Part shown: positions 29,679-44,473 of the stretch, one piece after another
How the letters are laid out: every line of letters begins with the position of its first letter
How positions within the stretch are numbered: position 1 is the first letter of the stretch
NCBI GenBank assembly: GCA_951406725.2
Contig: OX597837.1
Coordinates: forward strand, 10,540,001 to 10,604,000
Direction of reading: 5' to 3'
Source of the DNA: Octopus vulgaris
Lineage: Eukaryota
DNA length: 64,000 bases
Notes under the pieces: model-generated
The model's input: only the letters and a program-made list of their open reading frames with translations
Databases searched by the model: none
What the model was told of the DNA's origin: nothing
Translations under genes and position numbers: made by a program

Positions 29679-29960
29679 GGCGCATGGCTAGTGGTTAGAG
29701 CGTCGATACGATCGTGAGGTTGTGAGCTCGAATGTGCGTGCTGTGTTCTTGAGCAAGACATATTTCACGTTGCTATATAGCTGTAGAAATGAGTTGCGAC
29801 GTCATGGTATCTGTATATATGTCCCTTGATAACATGTGGCGTGGAGAGGGAGGCCGGTATATATGGGCGATACTGGTCTTCCATATACCTTATATATGCC
29901 TCAGAGGGTAATGTATGCAAACCCATGTCACTCATGACCGAAGGGGGTCTTTACCCTTTT
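29679..29960 (+). mobile_element. Diverged SINE with family-B head
   Basis: ggcgcatggctagtggttagagcg...gtgttcttgagcaagaca. Confidence 0.65.
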
Positions 29961-30079
29961 ATATATATATATATACGTACGTACATATGCGCAAATAATA
30001 TACGTATATGCATGTATGTCTGCATGCGTATACATATACATTCGTGTGTGTGTGTACTTTATCTGTTTATCTCTTATTT

Positions 30080-30370
30080 GTTTCAGTCACTACACTGAGG
30101 CGATGCTGTGGCGGTAATGCTTTGACCGGTTTAATCCCACAAATCGTTCTATTTCTGATCCGGTTTCTTATTCTGCCACGCATTTTTTTTTTGTTTTTGC
30201 AAAACTATCAAGTTATGAGAACGAAAATAAACCAACGCCGGTTCTAAGCAGTGGCGGAGGAGAAACACAAACTCAAAGACACACATATATGTAGACACAC
30301 ATACATATAGCGGCATAGTATTTCGTTTCCTCATCAAGCGAGAGGTCGAAGGTTCGATTTCACTCCGTCG
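30080..30370 (-). mobile_element. Diverged SINE A fragment
   Basis: gtttcagtcac...gatgctg...ttctat...accaacgccggtt resembles the reverse tail and body. Confidence 0.55.
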
Positions 30371-30742
30371 CATCAGGGTCGTGCATTTTTACAATGGCCC
30401 CAGATCGACTAAAGGAGTATAAATACAATTGGTGTACGCGAAAACGCATCAAATGAACTCTACAAGAAGTGGGCCGCACTCAGCGTTAGGCGGGCAGCTC
30501 TGTTAAAGATATTGAAAGTCTCTCACGGGCCCAAAATTGCCTATGACTGCTGTAAGCTCTAATCGAAGGAAGCCAGCTTATCATAGATTGTGCCACACAC
30601 AAATTCGATTTGGGAAGTATGTCAAGGATGAATATTCTACGAATATTCAATTACATATAGGTTCATTTAACAAGTCAGTTTGTCCACCCAAACCCCTCAA
30701 AAGGTTCGTGACATTCTGTTAAAAAAAAGATTATGACTATGA

Positions 30743-30779
<37 letters not shown>

Positions 30780-30946
30780 TATATATACATACATATATAT
30801 CTGTATATATATACACCTTTCTACTTGAACAATATAACTGCAAATACAGTATCCTTAAGTATCTCAGTTCTATATTCATTCTCTTACTTCTCTCTGTATT
30901 TCATATCTTCTCTTCAATAATTAATACTCAAATATTTTCTCACACC

Positions 30947-30994
30947 GTCTCTGATGAAGGGATATGTAAAATATCCCGGAAACAGCTGTAAGAC
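30947..30994 (+). ncRNA. Type I hammerhead ribozyme motif with short palindromic stem III (Penelope-like type)
   Basis: gtct CTGATGA a gggatat-gtaaa-atatccc g GAAAC agct GTA agac: 4-bp stem I, canonical core, 7-bp stem II with an A-G mismatch at its base. Confidence 0.8.
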
Positions 30995-31063
30995 CTTTCC
31001 TTGACAAATGTTATGAAATCTATTTACTGCCATGGATTTTTTTTATCTCATTCTCTCAATTTA

Positions 31064-31153
<90 letters not shown>

Positions 31154-31326
31154 CATACATAGCCATAATCTTTTTTTTTAACAGAATGTCACGAACCTTT
31201 TTGGGAAGAAAATTTCTTCCTAGTGTGTGAGAGCGCTTTCGGTTACTCTTATGAAACACACGAGCTCTTGGATAATATAAGTATGTGGTTAGCGTGTGTA
31301 TGTATACGTATATATGTTTATATAGC

Positions 31327-31359
<33 letters not shown>

Positions 31360-31532
31360 AATTAAAATAATAAGGCTGAAAATTGAATATGTATTTGATT
31401 AATATCAATTTAAAACCAGTGGTCTAGCATATAGAAAAATCTGAAGTTTCAGAAAAGAAGTGACCTCGTGTGTACCGTTGGCGATTTATTTTTTCCTCTG
31501 TCTTCCTTTCTCTGGATCTTTCCTTCTCCTAT

Positions 31533-31567
31533 GTTTCCGACGAAGATCTCCGCTCGAAACGTTAAAC
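31533..31567 (+). ncRNA. Minimal hammerhead-like motif, U4C core variant
   Basis: gttt CCGACGA a gatc-tcc-gctc GAAAC GTT aaac; homolog at 14498-14532. Confidence 0.6.
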
Positions 31568-31924
31568 CCTCCTTCTTTCCTTCTTTCCTGAGCGTCCAAT
31601 AATACTATATTTGTTCCACGTCCTCGCGTTGTTGTGTTTTTTTGTGCTTTCTTGTTTGGATTAACTTTATGTAATATATTTATGTAATATATATATATAT
31701 ATATATATATAAAAGCAATTAAGATTCAAGTAAATTCCAATGAATTTACTTGAATGTGGTACTTAACTTAGATGCACCAGAAAAACTATATGGTGTTATC
31801 CATGCATCATCATTAAGGAACTTTGGAAAACTGTTTACAACCTATATCTGCCTCTAATGGAACTATCTCCAATATTTCATGAGTATAACCTCACCCACTA
31901 AGATGTCTAGAGAACTCAAATGTA

Positions 31925-32015
31925 TTTTAGCTGATGAGTACGGGACACTTTTATCTGCTGCAATTTTTGCAACTTGTAATAAAGCCTGTCTTTGTATGAA
32001 ACAATTGTACTAAAA
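31925..32015 (+). ncRNA. Type I hammerhead ribozyme motif with extended stem II
   Basis: ttttag CTGATGA gtacgggac...gtctttgtat GAAAC aatt GTA ctaaaa: 6-bp stem I, canonical core, palindromic AATT loop III. Confidence 0.8.
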
Positions 32016-32043
32016 ACCAATCCATTCTTGTTGCTTCTTTCTC

Positions 32044-32107
<64 letters not shown>

Positions 32108-32377
32108 CGGTAAATATTAATGAGATGACGACATAGGGGAAAGGAGTAAAAGAATAAGGAGATGGAAAGAAAGGAGAAAAAAGGGGCACAAAAGTTCATA
32201 GTTCAAGTTATAGGAACTAGAGCATGAGTCCTGGGGTGCAATCTTGCGTAAGATCCCTCGGCGTAAACCCTGAGGGGCAATCCTGCGTAGATCCGTGTGG
32301 GTTAAAATCCTGATGTAGTAGACATCCAATAGGTGTATACATGTGTGTGTGTGTGTGTATTAATCATATATTAATAA

Positions 32378-32765
32378 GGCGTGGCTGTGTAGTGAGGAGT
32401 TTGCTTGCTAACCACATGGTTCTGGGTTCACTTCCACAACGTGTCACCTTGCTTAGGGGTCTTCTGCGATTGCCTCGGTCCGACCAAATCCTTGTGAGTG
32501 AATTTGGTTGAAGAAAGCCGAAAGAAGCCCGTCGAATATGTGTGCGTGTGTGTGTATGGGTGGGTGGGTGTCTGTGTGTGTTTATGTGCGTTTGAGTCTG
32601 TGTTTATCCTCTACTACCGCTTGACAACCGGAGGTGGTGTGTTTACGTCCCTGTAATGTAGCTGTTCGGCAAAACAATCCGATAGGATAAGTACTAGGAT
32701 AAAAAAATAAGCCCTGTGGGCGATTTGTTCGACTGAAAGAATCCTTTTAGGCGGCACCCCAGTAA
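32378..32765 (+). mobile_element. SINE family A
   Basis: ggcgtggctgtgtagtg head through ggcggcaccccag tail. Confidence 0.85.
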
Positions 32766-32800
32766 GGACACTGTCTCATATGTATATGTGTGTTTGTGTA

Positions 32801-32885
<85 letters not shown>

Positions 32886-33088
32886 GGGTTCATGTATATG
32901 TATATACATACATATATATATATCGAAACACATAATAAGTCGAAACAGAGGCAACTGAAGAAGGGGAATGTTCCTAGTATTGTTTGTCCTGTACTCTGTC
33001 TTTTCGTTGTTAAAAAAAGTCCGTTTCCTTGTTTGATTTTATGTTTTCGTTTCTCGTTGTGTTCTACGTTTATTTGTGGTGTCCTGTA

Positions 33089-33140
<52 letters not shown>

Positions 33141-33290
33141 TGTATATATACATATAGATGTAGGTATGTACATATATGTATGTATGCATATGTTTTATTT
33201 GTTAAATTCTTATTATATGACTGAACGCGTCGCGTCGTTTCTTATCCTCCAAGTAAGTTTTTATTATATATATATACATACGCACACATA

Positions 33291-33983
33291 CAGGGTGCGA
33301 TGTGTAAATTGTCGCCATTTATATTTCTAATTTTGCTTTGTTTCAGAGTGTTTGGGTGTCAATCTGACGACATGTACCGAAAGTGATAAAAATCAAGCAT
33401 CCAGTCAACATCATGGTATATGGAGTGATCACTAGTGATGGCGACATTAGACCTCCACTCATCTTCTTACATGGCCTCAGACTAGACATCAAATGCCCGG
33501 CTAGTGCTACCCTGGGTCGAGAGAGTGGTTGCTGGAAGACCCTATGTCCGGCGACTGGACTCTGCACCATGACACACAAGCAGGAGAATCCAGTCATGGT
33601 TGTCAGATAATTTCTGCGACAACACCACCCCTAACATCTGGCCACCTAACTACCCAGATTTCAACCCCTTTGATTATTATGTGTAGAGCGCCGTTGAGCA
33701 AGAGACCAACAAAACTCCTTGTAACACCAAAGATGAAGTGAAGGCAAAGAATTTGGCAGCATTCACCAACTTAAACAAGGAGACCGTCCAGAAAAGTTGC
33801 AGGAGATTCCGAAGTCGTCTGGAGGCCATGGTTGAAGCCAATGGCGATTTTAATGAATAAATTTCCTCGTTAGTATTTCAAGATATTTTTATGTAATTTT
33901 GATAAATATATCTGTTACAATGAGATATCAGTGTTATTTTCATTTTGGTGTAATTTGGACGACAGTTTATTCACCGCACCCTA
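33291..33983 (+). mobile_element. Internally deleted Tc1/mariner-superfamily DNA transposon
   Basis: TA|CAGGGTGCG left end and degenerate CGCACCCTA right end; internal IMVYGVITSDG and WPPNYPDFNPFDYYV (WPP.SPDLNP.D motif) with stops and frameshifts. Confidence 0.85.
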
Positions 33984-34033
33984 CACATACACACACACAC
34001 ACACATACACACACACATACATACACATATCTG

Positions 34034-34093
<60 letters not shown>

Positions 34094-34429
34094 TATATAC
34101 ATATATATATACATATATACGTATATGTATATAAATACACATATACACATATATACATATATGTGTGTGTATATATATATGTATAAACATAGACATACAT
34201 GCATACACACACTCACAGACACACACACGCACACACATGTATATATATATATACACACACACATTCACACACACACACACACACACGTAAGTATACACAC
34301 ATTTATTCATACAAATACATGCATATGTGTGTATATATACATATACATGTATCATATATATTTACGCAAATATGTATATATATAAATATCTACGCACACA
34401 CACAAACACACCTATGTATATATGTTCAT

Positions 34430-34473
<44 letters not shown>

Positions 34474-34484
34474 GTATAGTAGGT

Positions 34485-34579
<95 letters not shown>

Positions 34580-34810
34580 GGCCTGACATATGCTTTGCTC
34601 AAACCTAGAACCGTATCCACGCGGCATCCTACTTACCCCCCACCGTTCATACTTTCTCACCCAGGGCCATATCGATGCATTTTTTAACAGTCTCTGCGTG
34701 ATTCTTGAGGACACTTCTTCAACTGAATCCCGTAATACCCAAAGTTCCACATAGCTCACACAGATCTCACGCAATGAGCCACCTGTGAACCATGTCCTTG
34801 ATTTGAAGAA
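34580..34810 (-). mobile_element. Probable C-terminal fragment of an RLE-type (HERO/NeSL-like) non-LTR retrotransposon
   Basis: Stitched minus frames give FTGGSL...LGITGFS*RSVLKNHAETVKK-ASIWPWVRKYERW, resembling GF...SL...LGI.G....E..E.AS.W.W..R...W; abuts a (GATA)n tract. Confidence 0.45.
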
Positions 34811-35265
34811 AACAAGAGACACGAAGTATATACATAAGTTTAATTTCATATAAGGCATCGACCATTTTTACCAGGGATTTCCTCACGTTTACTAAATATT
34901 TAGGTCCTGCTATGCAACACATTTCTACTAGCCCCTAAAATTTCAGGCATCCTTTTAGGAATTGCATTGAATTAAAATGAATAAAGGTGTACCCTCTTGA
35001 ATTTGGATGAGCCCCATAATCCATAGGCATAGGATGTAAGCTTAAGATTTGTATATGAAAGCCAACAGAAAAATATTTTATGAGAGGTAGGTGAAAAGAA
35101 GGATTATTTATGTCATATATAACTTCCATCAACTAATACTTTTGGATTATTAAAAGCACATGTTTCGATTTCGGTATCAGAGGCAAACCCTGGTACGTAC
35201 TGGGGTATGTATAAAACCGGGTATGTATGTATGTATGTATGAACCTATATGTATTGATCTGTTCA

Positions 35266-35347
<82 letters not shown>

Positions 35348-35713
35348 CATATATACATGGGTGTGTTTGTGTGTGTAGATATTTATATATGTATATGTAC
35401 ATACATACATATATACATATATGTTCACACATTTATATAACATATGCATATATATAAGCATATGTATGTTTGTATATATGTGTGTGTATGTATATACATA
35501 TATATATACATATAAATATATATGTATGTATTTATATTTATATATATATAAATATGTAAATACATGTACATATATTTATGGGTATACATATTTATACACA
35601 TTTGTATACATATGGTTATGTCTTTACATGAATATTTTCATCTGTATACACTCTTACACAACACACACACACATATATACATACATACATCTACATATAT
35701 ATATCAGCACACT

Positions 35714-35749
<36 letters not shown>

Positions 35750-36071
35750 CACACATCTGTTTATGTACATATGTATATGGTCATATGAATATATATTGTT
35801 TCACTCCTCTAATCGGTGTTTTACCCGGTTATACCCACATGTGTATGAGCCAATAAGAAAGCCCGTACATGAGAGCGCTGAACCTGCTAGCAATAGTTAC
35901 CGGATGCCATTTAATTCCTACACTCCCAACTCAGAAAAGCGGGGCACGTTGACTTACGTCGACCCGGTATGCAATACTTGGTAAAAAAGACGAAGGGTCA
36001 TATTCGGGATACCTTTGAACACACGACTGTAGGCATGTATATAGATAGGTAGATAGATAGATATACATACA

Positions 36072-36117
<46 letters not shown>

Positions 36118-36380
36118 TTTATAGATTATATATGATATATATATATAATATATATACATAAATATCTGTGTAGTATATATATGCATATATGTGACCATAT
36201 ATATATATATATATATATATATAGATGTATGTATGTATGTATGTATGTATATATATGTATGTATGTGTGCATATATATAAATATACACACACACATACAC
36301 AAATATATATTTTTCTTTTACTTTTAGCGGTTTCAATCATGTAACTGCGGTCGTACTGATATATATATATCCCTCGTGTG

Positions 36381-36460
<80 letters not shown>

Positions 36461-37500
36461 CAAATAAGGAAATGGAGGGGACCAATAGGTGGTTCATCAA
36501 CTTTTAGACATTAAATTATGTCAATTTATTTATTAATTTACTAAAATGACAATTACAAGAATATACATACATGTATAACATATTATGCTTTACATATATG
36601 ATATATAAAGATACCAGTATTTATATACATCATTTGTATTTAATGTATATATATATGCAACGTGTGTACATCAATGTCTGTATACAGGTAATACGGAGGC
36701 ATTTATACTTCCGTGTGTATGTCAATGCGTTTCTTTGCGCTTTTGGGCATTTATATCTTTGCATCTGTCTGCAGATGAGGGATAGGGGGATGCAGATGAG
36801 GGAAAGAGAAAGGGAAAGAGTAAGAGAGAGAGAGAGTCAGACAAAGGTGCAGACATATGCAAAGAAATACGGGCCCGAAAGCGGAAAAAAATGCTTTGGT
36901 ATACATTCGAAAATATAAATGCATACAGACACTGATGTATACACATTATATATACGCATACATTAACTACAAATGAATATTTTATTTTTTCTCTCCTTCC
37001 CAGTGGAAAGTTGCCAATGAATGTCGAAGAGCGACTAAAACAATTGAATTTTACTGTTCTCAAGCGTAGCAGACGATAGAACAATGGCGGCAAGATAGAC
37101 TTGATCGCTTTAAATGAAATAATAGCGTGTTGGGTGTTATAGTATCCATTCAGAAAAAGCCTTATCTTTTTTGTGTTTTAGGCATTTTTCACAAATGTCA
37201 TATGATAATATTAATAAATACATAATTAAATGAACGACAATAACAAAAACCAAAAATACGTAATTCATGGATAGAATCAGAGAAAATGCATTTTTTTTTA
37301 CAAAGTTAATAAAGCTCCAAGACATATGTGTGCGTGCGCGCTGGTGTGTGTGTGTATGTGTGAGTATGAGTGAGTGTGTGTGTATGTGTGTAGTAAACAT
37401 ACAAATATATTTATAGATATATGTATACATAAATGTATGGTTTTAAAAAATATATATATATTTAATATATATATATATATGTATTATATATACATACATA

Positions 37501-37666
<166 letters not shown>

Positions 37667-37721
37667 AATATATATATATATATAGATAGATAGGTACATA
37701 GATAGATAGATTGAAACATAA

Positions 37722-37790
<69 letters not shown>

Positions 37791-38020
37791 CAATGAGCTT
37801 CCTCACAGTTTCCGCCAGCCAATTTGACTCACGAGACATTGGTCTTCCGATCAGCCTGCGGTTATAGAAGTTACTTGCCCAAGTTGTCGCACAACAGGAC
37901 TGAACCCAAAACCACGCTGTTGCTGATCTTTCTTTCTCTTTACCAAATATGGTAATCCCTGAAATTGTCCTAAAGATATTTTGCGCTATTTTATTCTATC
38001 TGTATTTTGAACTCGTTGTA

Positions 38021-38735
38021 CAGGGTGTCCCAAAACATAATGATGGGTTACAATTTCTAATAACTTCCTTAATTTTACAAATAAATGTATGAAAATTTGA
38101 TACAATATAAAGGACGTAATGGAAATTAATATGCACAAGTCAAATTTTGCAACAATAAATACATCACATATGAAAAATGACATCACGTAAATGGCAGCCA
38201 TTTTTGGTTTCGCTCGCCCGTGCTCTTGCCAAAACTTGAGGGCAGCATAACGCCCTCAGGAGTATCAGACCCCACTTCTCTGGTTTCTCTATTGATGTTC
38301 TTCAGTTGCATCAGGGTCTCCGGCTTGTTGACGCAAACCACCTCCTTCAGGTATCTCCACAAAAAAAAGTTCGGTATGGTCAAGTCTGAGGAACGTGAAG
38401 GCCAGTTGACATTGCCGTAGCGGGAGATTATTCTCCCTCCAAAGCACTAGCGTAGCAACTGCATTGTTTCTCTTGTGGTATGACCAGTTGCCCCATCTTG
38501 CTGGAACCATGTGTGAGGTCTACTTTAGAGGACCGGGGACAAAGTGGTCTCAATCTTGAATGCCTGAAAGAGAGAGTTTACGTCAACAAACCGGAGACCC
38601 TGGTGCAACTGAAGGAGAGCATTAATAAAGAAATCAGAGACTGAAACTCTTGCTGGTGTTATGGAACAAGTTTTGGAAAGAGAACGGGCGTGCGAAGCCG
38701 AAAATGGCTGCCGATGTCATTTTTCGTATGTGCTA
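38021..38735 (-). mobile_element. Tc1/mariner-superfamily transposase relic with an internal inverted duplication
   Basis: TA|CAGGGTGTCCCAAAA terminus; minus strand WFQQDGATGHT...RIISRYGNVNWPSRSSDLTIPNFFLWRYLKEVVCVNKPETLMQLK. Confidence 0.85.
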
Positions 38736-38770
38736 TATGTGTGTGTGTGTGTGTGTGTGTGGTTTCGTGT

Positions 38771-38852
<82 letters not shown>

Positions 38853-39179
38853 GTGATGTATGTTATTGATAACACCTAAATAGGATGCATCTTCTCCATT
38901 TACCTTGGTGAATGTAGCTTTTGGCCAGCAGGAATTAATGTCATCGTTGTAGGGTGTGGTGAATAAACTGTCGTTCTTCTGTTGACCGGATCAAGTAAAG
39001 CACTCGTCGTCGCAACCGACGAAGTGCCTGTTGTCAATTATTTCATGTGGCTGAATTTGATGGTTGCTTGTGTTTAATGTTCCCTAGAGTTTATTGGTAG
39101 CAAATGAAACAGTTGGATTGAATAACAGCTACTCTTTGTCTTGGTACTGTTAGTTGGAGTAGGGTACGCTTGTTAGTAG

Positions 39180-39400
39180 GGTACTGTTGTTAGTTGGAAG
39201 TGGGGTACTTTTCTTGATGGTTGACGTAGGTTTTTGTTAGTAGCTGTACAGTTGTATCTTGTCGGAGGTTGTAGCTGTGATGTCATCAGCATATGAGCTT
39301 GTGTAACTGCTTTGTGAGATCGTAAGAAGCCCATGTAAATTTTTTTTTTTAATGTGGGTGATAGGACGGATCTTTGTGGTATTCCACTCGGCAAGCTACT
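39180..39400 (-). mobile_element. Non-LTR retrotransposon reverse transcriptase fragment
   Basis: Minus strand SGIPQRSVLSPTL (GVPQGSVLSP motif), then SYADDITA in a shifted frame (YADD at 39282-39293). Confidence 0.75.
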
Positions 39401-39424
39401 AATATGTATTAATAGTAACGATAT

Positions 39425-39467
<43 letters not shown>

Positions 39468-39504
39468 CTTACACACACTTTGCGCCTACGTTTGTCTCCA
39501 CCCG

Positions 39505-40060
39505 ACGTCTGACAACCGGTGTCGGTGTTTTGACGTTGCCGTAACTTAGAGGTTCGGCAAAAGAAACTGATAGAATAAGTACTAGGCTTCAAGAAATAAC
39601 AATTACTGAAGTCGATTCCTTCGACTAAAAATTCTTCAAGGCGGTGCCCCAGTATGGCCGAAACCAAATGACTGAAACAAATAAAAGAAGCGAAAGAAAA
39701 TAAGGAACCCCAAAAAGCAATGGTAATTCTGGGGCACTAAATGATGCGTGCCAAATAATTCCAATGAATTGAAATTTTCGTCTTCTTTGGAGAAAGAAAA
39801 CGAAAACCTAGAAGCGAACGTTATCGTCTGCCACAAAAAAGGGGAGGTAATTTCAAGAAATTGAGAATTTAAAACAATTTAATTCTTATGTTAGGAGCAG
39901 GCATGGCTGTGTGGTTAAGAAGCATGTTTTTCAAACTTGTGGTTTCGGGTTCAGTCCCACAGTGCAGCTTCTTGGGCAGATATTTTCTTCTATGGCTTCA
40001 AGCTGACTAATATCTGGTGAGTGAATTTGATAGATGTAGACTTTGAAGCCTGTCGTGTAT
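39505..40060 (+). mobile_element. SINE A fragments (3' half 39505-39690; 5' half 39893-40060)
   Basis: Collinear with the respective halves of full copies. Confidence 0.75.
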
Positions 40061-40177
40061 GTGTTTGTACGCACATGTGCATAGATATATGTATAGTATA
40101 TATATATATGTGTGAGTTTGTATATGCATATATATATATGTATGCATGTGACTATCTGTGTTTGTATGTGTGTGTTT

Positions 40178-40259
<82 letters not shown>

Positions 40260-40305
40260 CGGTAGCCACTACACACATTTTTTCTCTCCTTGTTTCTTTG
40301 TGTTC

Positions 40306-40341
40306 CTTTCTATAGAAGAGCGTAGGCTCGAAACGTAAAAG
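40306..40341 (+). ncRNA. Second copy of the 15044 motif with a further core mutation
   Basis: cttt CTATAGA a gagc-gtag-gctc GAAAC GTA aaag; module 40275-40430 is homologous to 15002-15172. Confidence 0.5.
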
Positions 40342-40490
40342 ACTTTTTCAATTCCCGAGCGTTATACTAATACATCTGTTTGTTTCCTACACCACCTATC
40401 TTCTTTTGTTTTTTTCGTGAATTCTCCCCTATATATATATGTATGTATGTATATATGATTGTATGCATGTGTGCGTCTGTGTGAGTGAGA

Positions 40491-40526
<36 letters not shown>

Positions 40527-40789
40527 AAGGTTAGGGAATAGTCTGGTGATCGAGTTTTCAGATGAAGACAGGAATTATTGATTTGGTAATAAATCTAGGA
40601 CGAATTATTTCTGACATGTTTTAAAATATACATATGAAGGTGATAGATTTTGTATGGTGCTAATTCAAAAAGGTCTTGTTCGTTTTTAAAATTGTAATTA
40701 TTTATTTATTCTGTAATTTATTTTTCGAAATAACATAATAGTGAAGGTGTAGACCTTCTTACCATGCGAAAAGACGACATCTTAATAAC

Positions 40790-40824
40790 CTTTATGTTTC
40801 GGGTACGAAAACCCTCATCAGGAA
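40790..40824 (-). ncRNA. Hammerhead-like motif, decayed
   Basis: Minus strand ttc CTGATGA gggt-tttcgt-accc GAAAC ATA aag; perfect stem II, imperfect stems I and III. Confidence 0.5.
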
Positions 40825-40902
40825 TGCAATACTGAATAGACCTATATCTCTTTACTCCGTTGATTTCTGATGATGGGCTTTTTAACTAACATATATAAAG
40901 GT

Positions 40903-41089
40903 TACTCTTTTACTTGTTTCAGTCATTTGACTGCGGCCATGCTGGAGCACCGCCTTTAGTCGAGCAAATCTACCCCCAGGACTTATTCTTTGTAAGTCTA
41001 GTACTTATTCTATCGGTCTCTTTTGCCGAACTGCTAAGTTACGGGGACGTAAACACACCAGCATCGGTTGTCAAGCAATGTTGAGGGGA

Positions 41090-41152
<63 letters not shown>

Positions 41153-41315
41153 GACGGGCTTTTTTCAATTTTCGTCTGCAAAATCCACTGACAAGGCTTT
41201 GGTGGGCCCGATGCTGTAGTAGAAGACACTTGCCCAAGGTGCCACGCAGTGGGACTGAACCTGGAACCATGTGATTGGTAAGCAAGCTACTTACCACACA
41301 TCCACTCCTGCGCCT
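40903..41315 (-). mobile_element. SINE family A, full length
   Basis: Reverse complement of the consensus from tail to ctcctgcgcc head. Confidence 0.9.
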
Positions 41316-41392
41316 ATGTTACTAAACTTTTTAAAATTGTATCTTCGTTATCATCACCATCATTATTATTGTTATTATTATTATTATTATTG

Positions 41393-41684
41393 AGGCAGCG
41401 ATCTGGCAGAATCGTTAGCACGCCAGGCAGAATGTGTAGCGACATTTCGTCCGTCCTTTTTTTGTCGAGGTCGACTTTGCCTTTCATCCTTTCAGGGATC
41501 GAGACAATTAAGTACCAGTTGCGTACTGGGGTCAATGTAATTTACTTTGCCCCACCCCCTCAAATTTCAAGCCTTGCGCCTTTAGAAGAAAGCATTATTA
41601 TTATCAACATCATCATCATTATTATTATTATAATTATTATTATTGTTGTTGTTGGTTGTGGTGGTGGTGGTGGTATTATTATTA

Positions 41685-41724
<40 letters not shown>

Positions 41725-41945
41725 CATCATCATCATTATTATTATTGAGTTAGTGACCCAGAGGAGTCGTTAGCATGCCGGACAAAATGCTTGGCGGCAT
41801 TTCCTCCGTCTTTATGTCCTGAGTACAAATTCCACCGAGGTCGACTTTGCCTTTCGTAAAATAAGTACCAGTCGACCACTGGGGGTCGATGTATTCGACT
41901 AGGCTTCCCCCAAAATTGCAGGCCTTGTGCTTATGATTGAAAAGA
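41393..41945 (+). mobile_element. Two SINE C copies (41393-41595; 41750-41945) with (ATT)n tails
   Basis: ggcagcgatctggcagaatcgttagcacgcc head and gaggtcgactttgcctttc core. Confidence 0.8.
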
Positions 41946-42713
41946 TTATTTTGATAATTATAATTTTTATCACAATTCTTCAAGCAAATTACAATCCACT
42001 TCCTATTTTTTTTTTGTTTTTATTTATTTTCAATTCATGTTTTTTTTTCTGGGTTTTTTTCTTTTCGGTTTTAAGTATTTATATATTGACATATTTTTTT
42101 TTTCTTTCAGTTCTCCGATTCTAACGCTATGGGAAAGTGAAAGTGAAACTATTGGTGAGTGTCACAATCCTATCAAGCCTTGGTTATCTCGAAACGTCCG
42201 TAGATCAAGAAAGCCATTTTCTTTTGGTGAATGATGGAAACCGTAACAGAAATTATACAGCTGAATAAAAAAAATCCCATCTCATGTATTTCAATAAATC
42301 GTTGACCGTTAAAAGCTAGTTGAGACCACAGCAATATAATATATGGGTGCCGTTGGCCAAAGCTGGACTTCCTGTAAATCGCCAGTGGCGGGAATTGAAA
42401 ACATTTAACCAACCATAACAGATGTGTCGGCTGCAAAGTGCTGAGGCTTCCATCTTTCTTGCATTTTAATAAATCGTTGACTGATAACAGCAAGTTAGTT
42501 GATTGGTCCATTTTATACATAGGTGTAATGTGTGTGTCTATATATTCTTTTAATTCTTTTATACACGTTTCAGTTACCCAAAATTGTGCCCATGCTGCAG
42601 CACCGCCAGTTTATACATACATATATGCATACATGCTTACATACATATGTACCTATATATAAATATATATACATGTATGTATATATATTTATATATATGT
42701 ACATATATATATA

Positions 42714-42744
<31 letters not shown>

Positions 42745-42748
42745 AAAG

Positions 42749-42784
<36 letters not shown>

Positions 42785-42809
42785 ATATATATATATAGAT
42801 ATATAAAAG

Positions 42810-42856
<47 letters not shown>

Positions 42857-43002
42857 TATATAATAGATAAATATATATATATATATATAGATATATAAAG
42901 ATAAATATATATATATATATATAGATATATAAAAGATAAATATATATATATATATAGATATATAAAAGATAATATATATATATATATATAGATATATAAA
43001 AG

Positions 43003-43958
<956 letters not shown>

Positions 43959-43976
43959 TATATAGATATATAAAAG

Positions 43977-44188
<212 letters not shown>

Positions 44189-44204
44189 AATATATATATA
44201 AAAG

Positions 44205-44287
<83 letters not shown>

Positions 44288-44307
44288 TATATATATATAA
44301 AAGATAA

Positions 44308-44367
<60 letters not shown>

Positions 44368-44368
44368 G

Positions 44369-44421
<53 letters not shown>

Positions 44422-44432
44422 AATATAAATAT

Positions 44433-44472
<40 letters not shown>

Positions 44473-44473
<1 letters not shown>

